Shown in pieces: positions 9,063 to 18,777 of a stretch of 64,000 nt of DNA. The stretch covers positions 2,848,001 through 2,912,000 of the forward strand of contig CAVTCS010000003.1 in assembly GCA_963733295.1 (NCBI GenBank), given 5' to 3'. The DNA comes from Vulcanimicrobiota bacterium. Its GTDB lineage: Bacteria > Vulcanimicrobiota > Vulcanimicrobiia > Vulcanimicrobiales > Vulcanimicrobiaceae. A program made the translations under genes and the position numbers. Positions within the stretch are counted from its first letter, which is position 1, and the number at the start of each line of letters is the position of its first letter. The notes beneath the pieces were generated by a model that searched no databases, was not told the DNA's origin, and saw nothing but the letters and a program-made list of their open reading frames with translations.

Positions 9063-9069
9063 GAACGCT

Positions 9070-10323
9070 TTGGATAGAAAACGGGTCGCGGTGACCGGTC
9101 TCGGGGCGGTGACGCCGCTGGGCGTCACGCGCGAGGAGTTCTGGAACAACTTGATCGCGGGAAAGAGCGGCGTGGCTAAGGTCGCAGCCTTCGATGCCGT
9201 CGCGGCGGGGCTGCGCTGCCAGATCGCGGCGGAGGTCAAGAACTTCGATCCGGACGCCGTGATCGGTCGCCGTGACGCGCGGCGCATGGATCGCTTCGCC
9301 CAATTCTCGAACGTCGCGGCCGCCGAAGCGATCGAAGATGCGCAATTTCCCGACGACCCGGAGGTGCGGCGCGCGACCGGCGTCGTCGTCGCGAGTGGAA
9401 TCGGCGGCATCATCACGCTGCAGGACACGGTCACGAAAGCTCGCGCCCTCGGCAACGCGAGCCGTATCACCCCCTTCTTCATTCCGATGCTGATGGGCAA
9501 CGCCGGCCCGGCCCAGATCTCGATGAAGCATAACTTCCGCGGTCCGATGTACGCGGTCTCGAGTGCCTGCGCCAGTTCGAACGATGCGCTCGGCATCGCC
9601 TACGACTTGGTCGCGCGCGGCGACGCGCTCGCGATGGTCACGGGCGGTTCGGAAGCGACCATCACCGACGTCGCGATGGGCGGCTTCGATTCGATGAAAG
9701 CGCTCTCGACGCGCAACGACGAACCCGAGCGCGCCAGCCGGCCCTTCGACCGCGAACGCGACGGTTTCGTCCTGGCCGAGGGTGGCGCGGTGCTGATCTT
9801 CGAGGAGATGGAGTTTGCCAAGAAGCGCGGCGCGCGCATCTACGCCGAGATGCTCGGCTACGGGCAGTCGGCCGACGCGTACGACCTAGTCGCGGTCGAC
9901 CCGACCGGCGCCGGCGTCGAGCTCGCCCTCGCGCGTCTGTTCGAAAGCACCGGACTTCGGCCCGCGGACATCGACTACATCAACGCGCACGGCACTTCGA
10001 CGCCGATCGGCGATCCCGCCGAATCGCAAGCGCTCGGGCGCATCTTCGGCGCCGGCGGTCACGCTTTCGCGGTCAGCTCGACCAAAAGCATGCACGGACA
10101 CGCGCTCGGCGCGGCCGGCGCGATCGAGGGCGTGGCCACCGTGCTCGCGCTCTCGCGCGGCATCCTTCCGCCGACGATCAACTACGACTTTCCCGATCCG
10201 GAATGCACGCTCGACTACGTCCCCAACGTCGCGCGCAAAGCGGAGCTCGCGGTCGCTCTTTCCAACTCGTTCGGTTTCGGCGGTCACAATAGCGTCGTCG
10301 CCTTCGGCAGATATCGAGATTAG
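9070..10323 (+). CDS. fabF: 3-oxoacyl-ACP synthase II
   Basis: KRVAVTGLG, SSACAS (Cys), INAHGTST, HGHALGA, SNSFGFGGHN; TTG start at 9070. Confidence 0.96.
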   Translation: MDRKRVAVTGLGAVTPLGVTREEFWNNLIAGKSGVAKVAAFDAVAAGLRCQIAAEVKNFDPDAVIGRRDARRMDRFAQFSNVAAAEAIEDAQFPDDPEVRRATGVVVASGIGGIITLQDTVTKARALGNASRITPFFIPMLMGNAGPAQISMKHNFRGPMYAVSSACASSNDALGIAYDLVARGDALAMVTGGSEATITDVAMGGFDSMKALSTRNDEPERASRPFDRERDGFVLAEGGAVLIFEEMEFAKKRGARIYAEMLGYGQSADAYDLVAVDPTGAGVELALARLFESTGLRPADIDYINAHGTSTPIGDPAESQALGRIFGAGGHAFAVSSTKSMHGHALGAAGAIEGVATVLALSRGILPPTINYDFPDPECTLDYVPNVARKAELAVALSNSFGFGGHNSVVAFGRYRD

Positions 10324-10346
10324 TGTGCGCGAGTCGCGCGGTCCCA

Positions 10347-11126
10347 ATGGCCGGTGAATCGCGTCGGCAGCGCCTGCGCGCGCTGGTCGCGCGTATCGGC
10401 GCGCACGTCGACCTCAAACGGCTCGAAGCCGCGTTCGTGCACGAAAGCGCGGTCCGCGAAAAGTTGGCGGAGCGTTCGAACGAGCGGCTCGAGTTCTTGG
10501 GCGACGCGATTCTCGGTATGGTCGTGGCCCGCGGCTTGTACGACCGGTATCCGAACGCGAGCGAGGGCGAACTCACGCTGCGCAAGGCCGCGCTCGTGAA
10601 CGACGAAGCGCTCGCGACGAGCGCCGAGCGGCTCGGGCTCGAAGCGTTGCTGATGTTGGGCGCGGGTCTCGCCAACGCCCCGAGCGCGCGACGCCGCTCC
10701 ACTCTGGCCAACGCCTTCGAAGCGCTCGTGGCGGTCGTGTACCGCGAAGCGGGACTCGAAGCCGTCGCGCAGTTCGTCGAGCGCGAACACGTCGCCGAAC
10801 TCGAACGCGCCGCGCGCAGCATCGAAGACCCCAAGACGATCTTGCAGGAATGGACGCAGAAGCGCTACACCGTCGTGCCGACGTACGTCGAACGGGCTGA
10901 AGGACCGGCGCACGAGCGGACGTTCTTCAGCCAAGTGGCAGTGCTCGACGAGATCCTGGCGGCCGGCAGCGGCCCCACGAAGAAAGCCGCACAGCGCGCG
11001 GCTGCCGAGAGCGCTCTCGACGTTCTGCGCGAGCGCTACGGCGACATCGCCGCGCGGGAATTTTCGGCCCCCGTTCGAGTCAAGCGTTCGCGCGTGCGCG
11101 GCACCCGCAAGCGAGTGCGCGCATGA
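10347..11126 (+). CDS. rnc: Ribonuclease III
   Basis: NERLEFLGDAIL signature, C-terminal dsRBD (DPKTILQE...KKAAQRAAA). Confidence 0.96.
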   Translation: MAGESRRQRLRALVARIGAHVDLKRLEAAFVHESAVREKLAERSNERLEFLGDAILGMVVARGLYDRYPNASEGELTLRKAALVNDEALATSAERLGLEALLMLGAGLANAPSARRRSTLANAFEALVAVVYREAGLEAVAQFVEREHVAELERAARSIEDPKTILQEWTQKRYTVVPTYVERAEGPAHERTFFSQVAVLDEILAAGSGPTKKAAQRAAAESALDVLRERYGDIAAREFSAPVRVKRSRVRGTRKRVRA

Positions 11127-14100
11127 GGTTGACCGGGTTGCGCATGTTCGGCTTCAAGACGTTCGCCGAGCAAACGGCGCTGACGTTCGAGCCTGGAATC
11201 AGCGCGCTGGTCGGACCGAACGGTTCGGGCAAATCGAATCTCGTCGACGCGATCCGTTGGGTCCTCGGCGAGCAGAGCCCCAAATCTTTGCGCACCGGCA
11301 AAACCGAAGACGTCATCTTCGCGGGCAACGAGCGGCGCAAACCGCTCGGGATGGCCGAGGTCGTGCTGACCTTCGACAATGCGGACGGCACGCTGGAAAT
11401 CGACGCCGGCGAAGTGCAAATCACCCGCCGCGCGTATCGCGCCGGCGAGAGCGAGTTCTTCATCAACCGCGAGCACGTCCGCTTGCGCGACATCATCGAA
11501 CTGTTCATGGGCACCGGCCTCGGACCGGACTCCTACTCGATCGTCTCGCAAGGTCAAGTCGACGCGATCCTCTCGTCCAAACCGACCGAGCGGCGCAGCC
11601 TCTTCGAAGAGACGGCCGGCATCGCGAAGTTCTTGGCGCGCAAAGCCGAGTCGCTGCGCCGCCTCGAGCAGACCGAACAAAACGGGATTCGCTTGAACGA
11701 TCTTCTGACCGAGATCGGGGCGCGCATCCCGGAGCTGGAGACGCAAGCGCGGCGCGCGCGACGCTACCGGCGCGCTTCGCTGCGCGTGCGCGACCTCGAA
11801 ATCCTGTCGTACCTGCGCGCCGGCGCATCGCGGCGCAGCGAGCGCGAGCGGCTCGTGTCGGATCTCGAGCGGCTGGAAGCGGAGCGGGCCGGGGCCGCGG
11901 CACGCGCCGCCGCCGTCGAAGCCGAACTCGCCGCGCTGCGCACGCAACTCTACCAGCGCGAACGCACGCTCGAAGCGCTGCGGGCGCAGTCCACCCAAGC
12001 GCGCAGCGAGCTGGCCGAACGCGAGGCGCAGCACGCCGCGCTCGGCGCGCGCCGCGAAGCACTCGAGGCGCAGTCGTCGCAGATCACCGACGACCGGGAG
12101 CGGGCCGAGGCGGAGCGTTCCGCGCTACGCGCCACGACCGTTCGGCTCGAAGCCGAGCTGTCGCCGCTGAACGACCGGCTCGAAGCGCAGCGCGGCCGCG
12201 AAGCGGAAGCGCAGGAAGCCCTCGCCTCGGCTCGCGTCGGACTCGACAGCATCTTCAGCGCGTTGCGCGAAGTCGAGGCGAGTGCCGCGAGTGCGGCGGC
12301 AAGCGATGCCGAGCGGCGCGCGCAGATGCAAGCGACGCAAGCCGAGTACGAGCGTCTCGAGCGCGAGTCGTTCGCCCTGCGCGAAGAGGCGCGAGTCAAG
12401 AGCGAGCTCGTTGCGACGCACGTCTACGCGCAAGAGCGCGCGCAAAAGGAGCGCGCCGATTTCGACGGACGCTTCGCTGCGGCGCAGAAGGCGACGGCGC
12501 AGGCCGACGCACGAGTCGCCGCCGTCGCGCAAACGCTGGCCGACGCGCAGGCCGCCTATCGCGCGGCGACCCACGAACTCGCCGGCGCGGAAGCCCGCTT
12601 GCACACGATCGAAGAACTCGAAGCCGCACTCGAGGGTCACATTCCGGGGACGCGAGCGATCCTCGAAGCGAACGCGCGCGGCGAGTTCTCGGGCGTTCAC
12701 GGCGTCATCTCGAACTTGATCCGGGTCGAGGAAAAGTTTGCGCGCGCGCTCGACGTCGCGTTCGGCGCGGCGCTTTCGAACATCGTAACGGAGACCGCCG
12801 AAGACGCCGAGCGCGCGATCGGCTATCTTTCCGAAGGCCGTTTGGGCCGCGCCACCTTTCTGCCGCTCGACACTCTGGGCTCGCGTTCGGGGCGCGAGCG
12901 CTCCGCGGCGCCCGACGTTCCGGGCGTTTTCGGCTGGGCCCACAATCTGGTCGAGACGCAACCGCTGTATGCCGGGATCGTCGCCTTCCTCGTCGGGCGC
13001 ATCCTCGTGGTAGACACCCTCGACACCGGAATCGAGCTCGTGCGCGGCCGCGGCTTTGCCGATACGATCGTGACGCTCGAGGGCGAAGAAATTCGCGGCG
13101 GCGGCGCCTTGACCGGCGGTCGCTATCAGCGCGAACGTTCGATCCTTTCGCGACGCGCGCAGGCGCGCGCGCTATCGCAGTTGATTCCGTCGTTGCGCGA
13201 GAGCCTGGCGCAAACGCAAGCCGCGGCGGAGCGTGCCGCAGCCGAAAGCAGCGAGGCGACGCGCGAGCGCGACGAAACGCATCGCATCGAAGCGGAACTC
13301 GGCTTGGCCCGGCGCGACGCGGTCTCTCGCTTCGAGGTCGGTGCCGCCGAACGCGCTCGTCTCGACGCCGAAATCGCTTCGATGCTGGGGCGCTCCGAAG
13401 AGCGTTCCGCCGAGACGGCCGAAGCGCGGCGGAAACTGGAGGTGCTCGAACGGCCCGCGGTCGATCCCTCGGCAACGCTTGCCGAGCGCGAACGCCTCGA
13501 GGCGGCGCTCGCCGACGCGCGCGAGCGAATCGCAGCGGCGCAGAGCGGTGAACGCGCGATTGCCTCGGAGATCGCGGCCGTGCGCGAAGCGGTCGCGGCG
13601 CTCTCCGCGCAACGCGAAGGAGCTCTGGCGCGCCTGGGCTTGCTCGACGCGGACGGCGTGCGCGCCGCCGCGGCGCGCACCGCCATGACCGGAGAACTCG
13701 GCTCGCTGGCGGAGCGCCTCGCGGCGCTCGGCGAGGTGCTCGGCGTCGATCGCAGCCGCATCGCGCAACTCGACGCGCAGCAGGACGCGGCGCGCCGCGA
13801 GCGCGAGGCGCTCGAAGCGCGCGCGAACGGACTCGATTCGGATCTGCGGCTCGCGCAGAACGCCGAGCGCGAGGCGGCCCAGAACAGCGAAGGCGGCCGC
13901 TTACGGCTGGCCGAGATCGACGCCGAACTCGGTATGCTGGCCGCGCAGTTCGCGCAGAACCCGGCAACGGCCGAAGAGTGTGCCGACGTCGAAACGCGCT
14001 ACGCGAACGAACCGAACGATCCCGCGCCCGAAATCACGCGGCTGCGCGAAGAGCTCGCGCGGTTACACAACGTCAACCTCAACGCCGAAGTGGAAATTGC

Positions 14101-14698
14101 CGAGCTGACCGAGCGAGACTCGTTTCTGCGTGCTCAGCTCGCCGATCTCGCCAGTGCGCGCGACACGCTGCTCGCCTCGATCCGCGAAATCGAAGCCTCC
14201 TCGCAGGTGCAGTTCAACGAGACGTTCGCGGCGGTCAAGATCGCTTTCGAGAACGTCTACAGCCGGCTTTTCCCAGGCGGCGAAGCCAAGATGTGGCAGA
14301 CGAATCCGGAGCAGCTCTCGGAGACGGGCATCGAGATCTCGGTGCAACCGCCCGGCAAGAAGATGATGCCCTTGACCGCGCTCTCCGGCGGAGAACGCGC
14401 GATGGCCGCTTCGGCGCTCATCTTCGCGCTGATCGAAGTCCGGCCGTCGCCGTTCTATCTGCTCGACGAGGTCGACGCGGCGCTCGACGACGCAAACATC
14501 GATCGGTTCTCGGTCGTCGTGCGCGAACTCGCCACGCGCGCGCAGCTGCTGCTCGTTACGCACAACAAGAAGACGATGGAGCTCGCCGGGCGCATGTACG
14601 GCGTGACGATGGCGGAGCCGGGGATTTCGAGCATCATCGCCGCCGATCTCGTGGCGCTCGAAAGCGAAACGTCCAAAGAGGCGGCGCTTGCCGGCTGA
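11123..14698 (+). CDS. smc: Chromosome segregation protein SMC
   Basis: GPNGSGKSN, coiled coils, hinge GRATFLPL, LSGGE, LLDEVDAALD. Confidence 0.97.
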   Translation: MRLTGLRMFGFKTFAEQTALTFEPGISALVGPNGSGKSNLVDAIRWVLGEQSPKSLRTGKTEDVIFAGNERRKPLGMAEVVLTFDNADGTLEIDAGEVQITRRAYRAGESEFFINREHVRLRDIIELFMGTGLGPDSYSIVSQGQVDAILSSKPTERRSLFEETAGIAKFLARKAESLRRLEQTEQNGIRLNDLLTEIGARIPELETQARRARRYRRASLRVRDLEILSYLRAGASRRSERERLVSDLERLEAERAGAAARAAAVEAELAALRTQLYQRERTLEALRAQSTQARSELAEREAQHAALGARREALEAQSSQITDDRERAEAERSALRATTVRLEAELSPLNDRLEAQRGREAEAQEALASARVGLDSIFSALREVEASAASAAASDAERRAQMQATQAEYERLERESFALREEARVKSELVATHVYAQERAQKERADFDGRFAAAQKATAQADARVAAVAQTLADAQAAYRAATHELAGAEARLHTIEELEAALEGHIPGTRAILEANARGEFSGVHGVISNLIRVEEKFARALDVAFGAALSNIVTETAEDAERAIGYLSEGRLGRATFLPLDTLGSRSGRERSAAPDVPGVFGWAHNLVETQPLYAGIVAFLVGRILVVDTLDTGIELVRGRGFADTIVTLEGEEIRGGGALTGGRYQRERSILSRRAQARALSQLIPSLRESLAQTQAAAERAAAESSEATRERDETHRIEAELGLARRDAVSRFEVGAAERARLDAEIASMLGRSEERSAETAEARRKLEVLERPAVDPSATLAERERLEAALADARERIAAAQSGERAIASEIAAVREAVAALSAQREGALARLGLLDADGVRAAAARTAMTGELGSLAERLAALGEVLGVDRSRIAQLDAQQDAARREREALEARANGLDSDLRLAQNAEREAAQNSEGGRLRLAEIDAELGMLAAQFAQNPATAEECADVETRYANEPNDPAPEITRLREELARLHNVNLNAEVEIAELTERDSFLRAQLADLASARDTLLASIREIEASSQVQFNETFAAVKIAFENVYSRLFPGGEAKMWQTNPEQLSETGIEISVQPPGKKMMPLTALSGGERAMAASALIFALIEVRPSPFYLLDEVDAALDDANIDRFSVVVRELATRAQLLLVTHNKKTMELAGRMYGVTMAEPGISSIIAADLVALESETSKEAALAG

Positions 14699-16250
14699 GC
14701 TCCGCGAGGCGGCGCTCATTTCGGTCTACGACCGGACCGGGATCGCCCTTCTCGCTCGCACGCTCGAAGCACGCGGCGTTGAGATCTTCGCGACGGGCGG
14801 CACCCGCGCGCATCTGGCGCAGCATGGAATCGCGGCGCGCGACGTCGGCGAGCTGACCGGCTTTCCCGAACTGTTCGGCGGCCGCGTGAAGACGCTGCAC
14901 CCCAGCGTCTTCGGCGGAATCCTCTTCGACCGTTCGAGCGCCGCGCACGAGCGCGAGCGCCTCGAGCACGGCATTCCGAGGCTCGGCACCGTCGTCGTGA
15001 ATCTCTACCCCTTCGAAACGACGGTCGCGCGCGAGGGCGCGACGCTGGAAGAGGCAGTCGAGCAGATCGACATCGGCGGCGTCGCCTTGGTTCGCGCGGC
15101 GGCGAAAAATTTCGCGCACGTGACCGTCCTGGTGGCTCCCGAGCAGTACGCGCAAGTCGTCGCGGCCGGAGGCGAACCGGATCTGCAAACGCGCCGGCGC
15201 TTCGCGACGCGGGCCTTCGAGCGGACCGCGGAATACGACTCTTCGATCGCCCGCTATCTCGAGGCGGGTTTGCTCGCGACCGAGCTTCCCGGTTCGCTCG
15301 CCCTGACGCTACCGCTCGCCTCGCCGCTGCGCTACGGCGAGAACCCGCAGTCGCGCGCAGCCTTCTACCTGTCGCGGACCGAGCATCTTCCCGAACAGCT
15401 GGGCGGCAAAGCGCTCTCCTACAATAACTTGCTCGACCTCGACGCCACGCTGCGGCTGCTCGTCCGCGCGCCGGTGCCGCCCGAGTTCGCCCGCCCCGCA
15501 TTACCTGCGGTGCGCGCCGCGATCGTCAAACACACCGTTCCGTGCGGGGTCGCCGAACGTCCCGCGGCGCTCGACGCGACGCGCCTTGCGCTCGACGCCG
15601 ACGCGATCTCGGCGTACGGCGGAATCATCGCAGTCGACGGTACGGTCGACGACGCGACGGCGAACGCGCTGGCCGAATTCTTCCTCGAGATCGTGGCCGC
15701 ACCGGCTTTCGACGACGCCGCCCTCGAGCGGCTACGCACGAAAAAGAACCTGCGCATCATCCGCTACGACACCCGTTTGCCCGAGCGGCTCGCGCAGGAG
15801 GTTCGCGTTCGAAGCGCGCTTGGCGGAGTGCTCGCCGAGGACGACGATCCCGAAGCACCGGCCGAGCGTTGGCGCGTCGTCTCGAAGCGCGCTCCGAGCG
15901 AGGCCGAGTGGCGCGATCTGCGCTTCGCGTGGGACGTCGTACGTCACGTGAAGAGCAACGGCGTGGTGGTCGTGCGCGACACCGTCACGCGTGGCATCTG
16001 CGCCGGCCAGACGAACCGGGTCAGCGCGGTGCGCATCGCGGGCGCGCGCGCCGGCGACTACGCGCGCGGTTCGAGCTGCGCCAGCGACGGGTTCTTTCCG
16101 TTCGCCGACGGACTCGAAGCGGCAGCCGAAGCAGGCTGCAGCGCGATCATCGCGCCGAGCGGTTCGATTCGCGACGCGGAGGTGATTGCCGCGGGCGATC
16201 GGCGCGGCATCGCCCTGGTCTTTTCGACGCACCGCTACTTCCTGCACTAA
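14688..16250 (+). CDS. purH: Bifunctional AICAR transformylase/IMP cyclohydrolase
   Basis: ALISVYD, GRVKTLHP, DIGG, LRYGENP, SYNN, ASDGFFPF. Confidence 0.96.
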   Translation: MPAELREAALISVYDRTGIALLARTLEARGVEIFATGGTRAHLAQHGIAARDVGELTGFPELFGGRVKTLHPSVFGGILFDRSSAAHERERLEHGIPRLGTVVVNLYPFETTVAREGATLEEAVEQIDIGGVALVRAAAKNFAHVTVLVAPEQYAQVVAAGGEPDLQTRRRFATRAFERTAEYDSSIARYLEAGLLATELPGSLALTLPLASPLRYGENPQSRAAFYLSRTEHLPEQLGGKALSYNNLLDLDATLRLLVRAPVPPEFARPALPAVRAAIVKHTVPCGVAERPAALDATRLALDADAISAYGGIIAVDGTVDDATANALAEFFLEIVAAPAFDDAALERLRTKKNLRIIRYDTRLPERLAQEVRVRSALGGVLAEDDDPEAPAERWRVVSKRAPSEAEWRDLRFAWDVVRHVKSNGVVVVRDTVTRGICAGQTNRVSAVRIAGARAGDYARGSSCASDGFFPFADGLEAAAEAGCSAIIAPSGSIRDAEVIAAGDRRGIALVFSTHRYFLH

Positions 16251-16252
16251 GC

Positions 16253-17158
16253 GTGTTTGCGGATAGACGCACTCTCGGCGCCGTGCTCGCGGTCCTCGCC
16301 GGAGTCGCCTGGGGTACGCTGGCGCCGACGGTGAAGGCGATCTTGATCTCGAGTCCGCTGTTCGGTGCGTTCACGCTCTCGCTCGCTCGCGGGCTCTGGG
16401 CGCTACCTTTTCTGGCGCTCGTAGCGGTCGTGTCGCGGCCGCGCTCGACGCCGTTCCGCCGGGTCGACGTCCTGAGTTTCATTGCCGTGGCGCTGCTTGC
16501 GGCATTCGGCTTGAACTTGCTCTTTCAGGTTGCGATCGCCAAGACGAGCGCCGCGCACGCGGTGCTTTTCCAGGGACTCTCGCCCCTGGCACTCGCCGCA
16601 CTCGAAGCGATCGCGTTCCGGCGGCCGCTCGACCGGCAACGGACCGTCGGCCTCGCGTTCGGAGCCGGCGGTATCGCGCTGCTCGCATTCGGCCGTTCGA
16701 GCGAAGGCGCATCGCTCGCCGGCGACGCCATCATGCTCGTCTGGCTCGCGATTTTCGCGGCCTACTCGCTGCTGATCCGCGCCCTCGCCGAGCGCTACTC
16801 ACCGTTTTTCGCGAGCGCTATGGGTTGGGGACTAGGTTTTCTCCTGCTCTGTCTTTCGGGCGCGCAACTCATTCCGGCAGTCGCGCGCGAGACGTTCGCG
16901 GTACCGCTCTACGCCGCCGGCATCATCGGCGTCCTGTCGCTCTTGACGGGGGTTTGCGCGCCCGCGCTCCATGCGATTTCGATGCGCATGACCAGCGTCG
17001 CGATCGTCACCGCCGCGAGCCAGTACGCCTCGATCGCGACGGGCGTAGCGCTCTCGCTCTTCGCGTTGCACGAAACCCTCGCACCGGCGGGAATCGCGGG
17101 CGCCGTCTTGCTGCTCGTCAGCTTGACGCTGACGGTCGTGCGCTTTCCCGCACCGTAA
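16253..17158 (+). CDS. EamA/DMT-family transporter
   Basis: About 10 hydrophobic segments, two EamA-like repeats (AWG...TSAAHA; ALHETL); GTG at 16253. Confidence 0.85.
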   Translation: MFADRRTLGAVLAVLAGVAWGTLAPTVKAILISSPLFGAFTLSLARGLWALPFLALVAVVSRPRSTPFRRVDVLSFIAVALLAAFGLNLLFQVAIAKTSAAHAVLFQGLSPLALAALEAIAFRRPLDRQRTVGLAFGAGGIALLAFGRSSEGASLAGDAIMLVWLAIFAAYSLLIRALAERYSPFFASAMGWGLGFLLLCLSGAQLIPAVARETFAVPLYAAGIIGVLSLLTGVCAPALHAISMRMTSVAIVTAASQYASIATGVALSLFALHETLAPAGIAGAVLLLVSLTLTVVRFPAP

Positions 17159-17666
17159 CGACCTCCCACTCGGCGCGCTCGATCGCGTACAAGTAGATCG
17201 GCATGTCGCGAAAGGTCGTCTGCCGTTCGCGGTGCATCCCGTTGCGCTCGGCGACGGCCATCGAATTTAAATTCTCTATCCAGATCAACGACGTGACGCG
17301 CTGCACGCCGAACTCGCGAAAGGCTCGGTCGCGCCAGAAGCGCGCGGCTTCGGTGGCGTAGCCGTTACCGCGAGCGCGATCGCGTAGCAGATACGCTACT
17401 TCGAGATCGGTGACGCCGTCGACGGTTTGTTCGAGCAAACCGCACAATCCGACGAAAAAACCGTCGTCCGTATTCAAGGCGTGCATGCCGGGAATGCCGC
17501 GAGCGCGCAACGCGGCGTCGTACTCGATCCAGCCGAGGACGCGGTCGTCTCGATCGCGTCCTTCGCCGTACACCGCGCGAACGCCAGGATCGCCCATCGT
17601 CGCTTTCAAGTCGGCGAAATGCTCGTGGCCGAGCGGCGTCAGCGTGAGGCGAGCGGTTCTTAGCAT
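17118..17666 (-). CDS. RimJ/RimL-type GNAT N-acetyltransferase
   Basis: LRTARLTL, GNGYATEAA, NLNSMAVAERNGM. Confidence 0.88.
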   Translation of the reverse strand: MLRTARLTLTPLGHEHFADLKATMGDPGVRAVYGEGRDRDDRVLGWIEYDAALRARGIPGMHALNTDDGFFVGLCGLLEQTVDGVTDLEVAYLLRDRARGNGYATEAARFWRDRAFREFGVQRVTSLIWIENLNSMAVAERNGMHRERQTTFRDMPIYLYAIERAEWEVVTVRESARPSASS

Positions 17667-17817
17667 CAAATGGTCACGATCCGGAGCGGGCCTCCTGAGC
17701 GGAGGGCCCAAGCCGGGGGTTCGTCACTTGCGACCTTGCGCACCCTCGGGCGGCGGGTGGAGGAGGCAAGCGTGGCTAACGAGGCCGAGCGAGCTCGCGT
17801 TCCACGGAGTTTAAAGC

Positions 17818-18777
17818 GTGAAGATTTTTTCTTGTTTCATCCGCATCCTCGCCGCGCTGACGGCGAGCGCCGTTCTCTGCGTGGGGGTCGCGCCCCGAAG
17901 TGCGGCTCGCGCGGCGGGCGGACCGTCGGTAGCGGTCATCGACTTCTCCACGCGTGGCTTGACCGGTGACTGGTGGGGGAACTTCCAGCCCGGCGTCGCC
18001 ATTTCGGATTTACTCACCGACCAGCTCGTGAACGGCGGCAAGTTCACCGTCGTCGATCGCTCGCATCTCGACAGCGTGCTGAGCGAGCACAAGCTCGCGA
18101 GCGAGGGCGAGGTTTCGCCGGCTTCGGCGGTCCAAGCCGGCCGGCTCCTCGGCGCCAAATACTTGATCACCGGCAACGTCTTGCAGTTCGACAAGACCGG
18201 TCAGAGCGGCGCTGCGGTGGGCAGTTACATCGGCGGACCCTTCGGCGGCGCGGCCAGCAGCGTCAACCAGTCGCGAGTGACGCTGAAGATTGCAGTCCGC
18301 GTGATCGACGCGACGACCGGACAGATCCTCCAATCGTTCGCCGACGAGCAGACCAAGACGAACACGTCGATCGGATTCGGCGGATTCGGCGGCTACACCG
18401 CGGGCTCGTACTCGAACTCGAACTTCGTCAACTCGACGATGGGACACCTGATCAACGATGAGGCCTCGCGCATCGCCGCGCAACTCGATCCCTCGAAGTT
18501 CTCGAGCGCACCGGCCGCTCCGGCGCTTACCGGTCGCGTCCTCGAGGTCTCGGGAACGACCGTCACGCTCAATATCGGTTCTACGAAAGGCGTGACCGTC
18601 GGCCAGTACTTCGACGTGATCCAGATCCATCAGATCAAGGACCCGGACTCCGGAAAGATGCTGACCTCGACGATTCCGATCGGCAAGATCCAGATCACCT
18701 CCGTTTCGCCCGACACCTCCGTGGGCAAACGCGTCTCCGGAACGGCTGCCGCCCTCGATCACGTCCAGTCCGAATAA
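17818..18777 (+). CDS. Secreted CsgG/HfaB-like protein with C-terminal FlgT-C-like domain
   Basis: Signal peptide; VAVIDF, FTVVDRSHLDSVLSE, GRLLGAKYLITG; C-terminal LNIGSTKGVTVG..F.V...IKDPDSG. Confidence 0.75.
   Translation: MKIFSCFIRILAALTASAVLCVGVAPRSAARAAGGPSVAVIDFSTRGLTGDWWGNFQPGVAISDLLTDQLVNGGKFTVVDRSHLDSVLSEHKLASEGEVSPASAVQAGRLLGAKYLITGNVLQFDKTGQSGAAVGSYIGGPFGGAASSVNQSRVTLKIAVRVIDATTGQILQSFADEQTKTNTSIGFGGFGGYTAGSYSNSNFVNSTMGHLINDEASRIAAQLDPSKFSSAPAAPALTGRVLEVSGTTVTLNIGSTKGVTVGQYFDVIQIHQIKDPDSGKMLTSTIPIGKIQITSVSPDTSVGKRVSGTAAALDHVQSE

Noticed and set aside
11257..13551. 764-aa alternative-frame ORF inside smc and other long Arg/Ala-rich overlapping ORFs (e.g. 5229-6878, 21419-22987, 58059-59711, 60617-62104)
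   Set aside because: Expected stop-codon scarcity in high-GC DNA; no family motifs; they overlap well-supported genes
17671..17745. GC-rich hairpin (GGGCCTCC-TGAGC-GGAGGGCCC) between GNAT and CsgG-like genes as a riboswitch
   Set aside because: No recognisable riboswitch consensus; such pairing is likely by chance at this GC content
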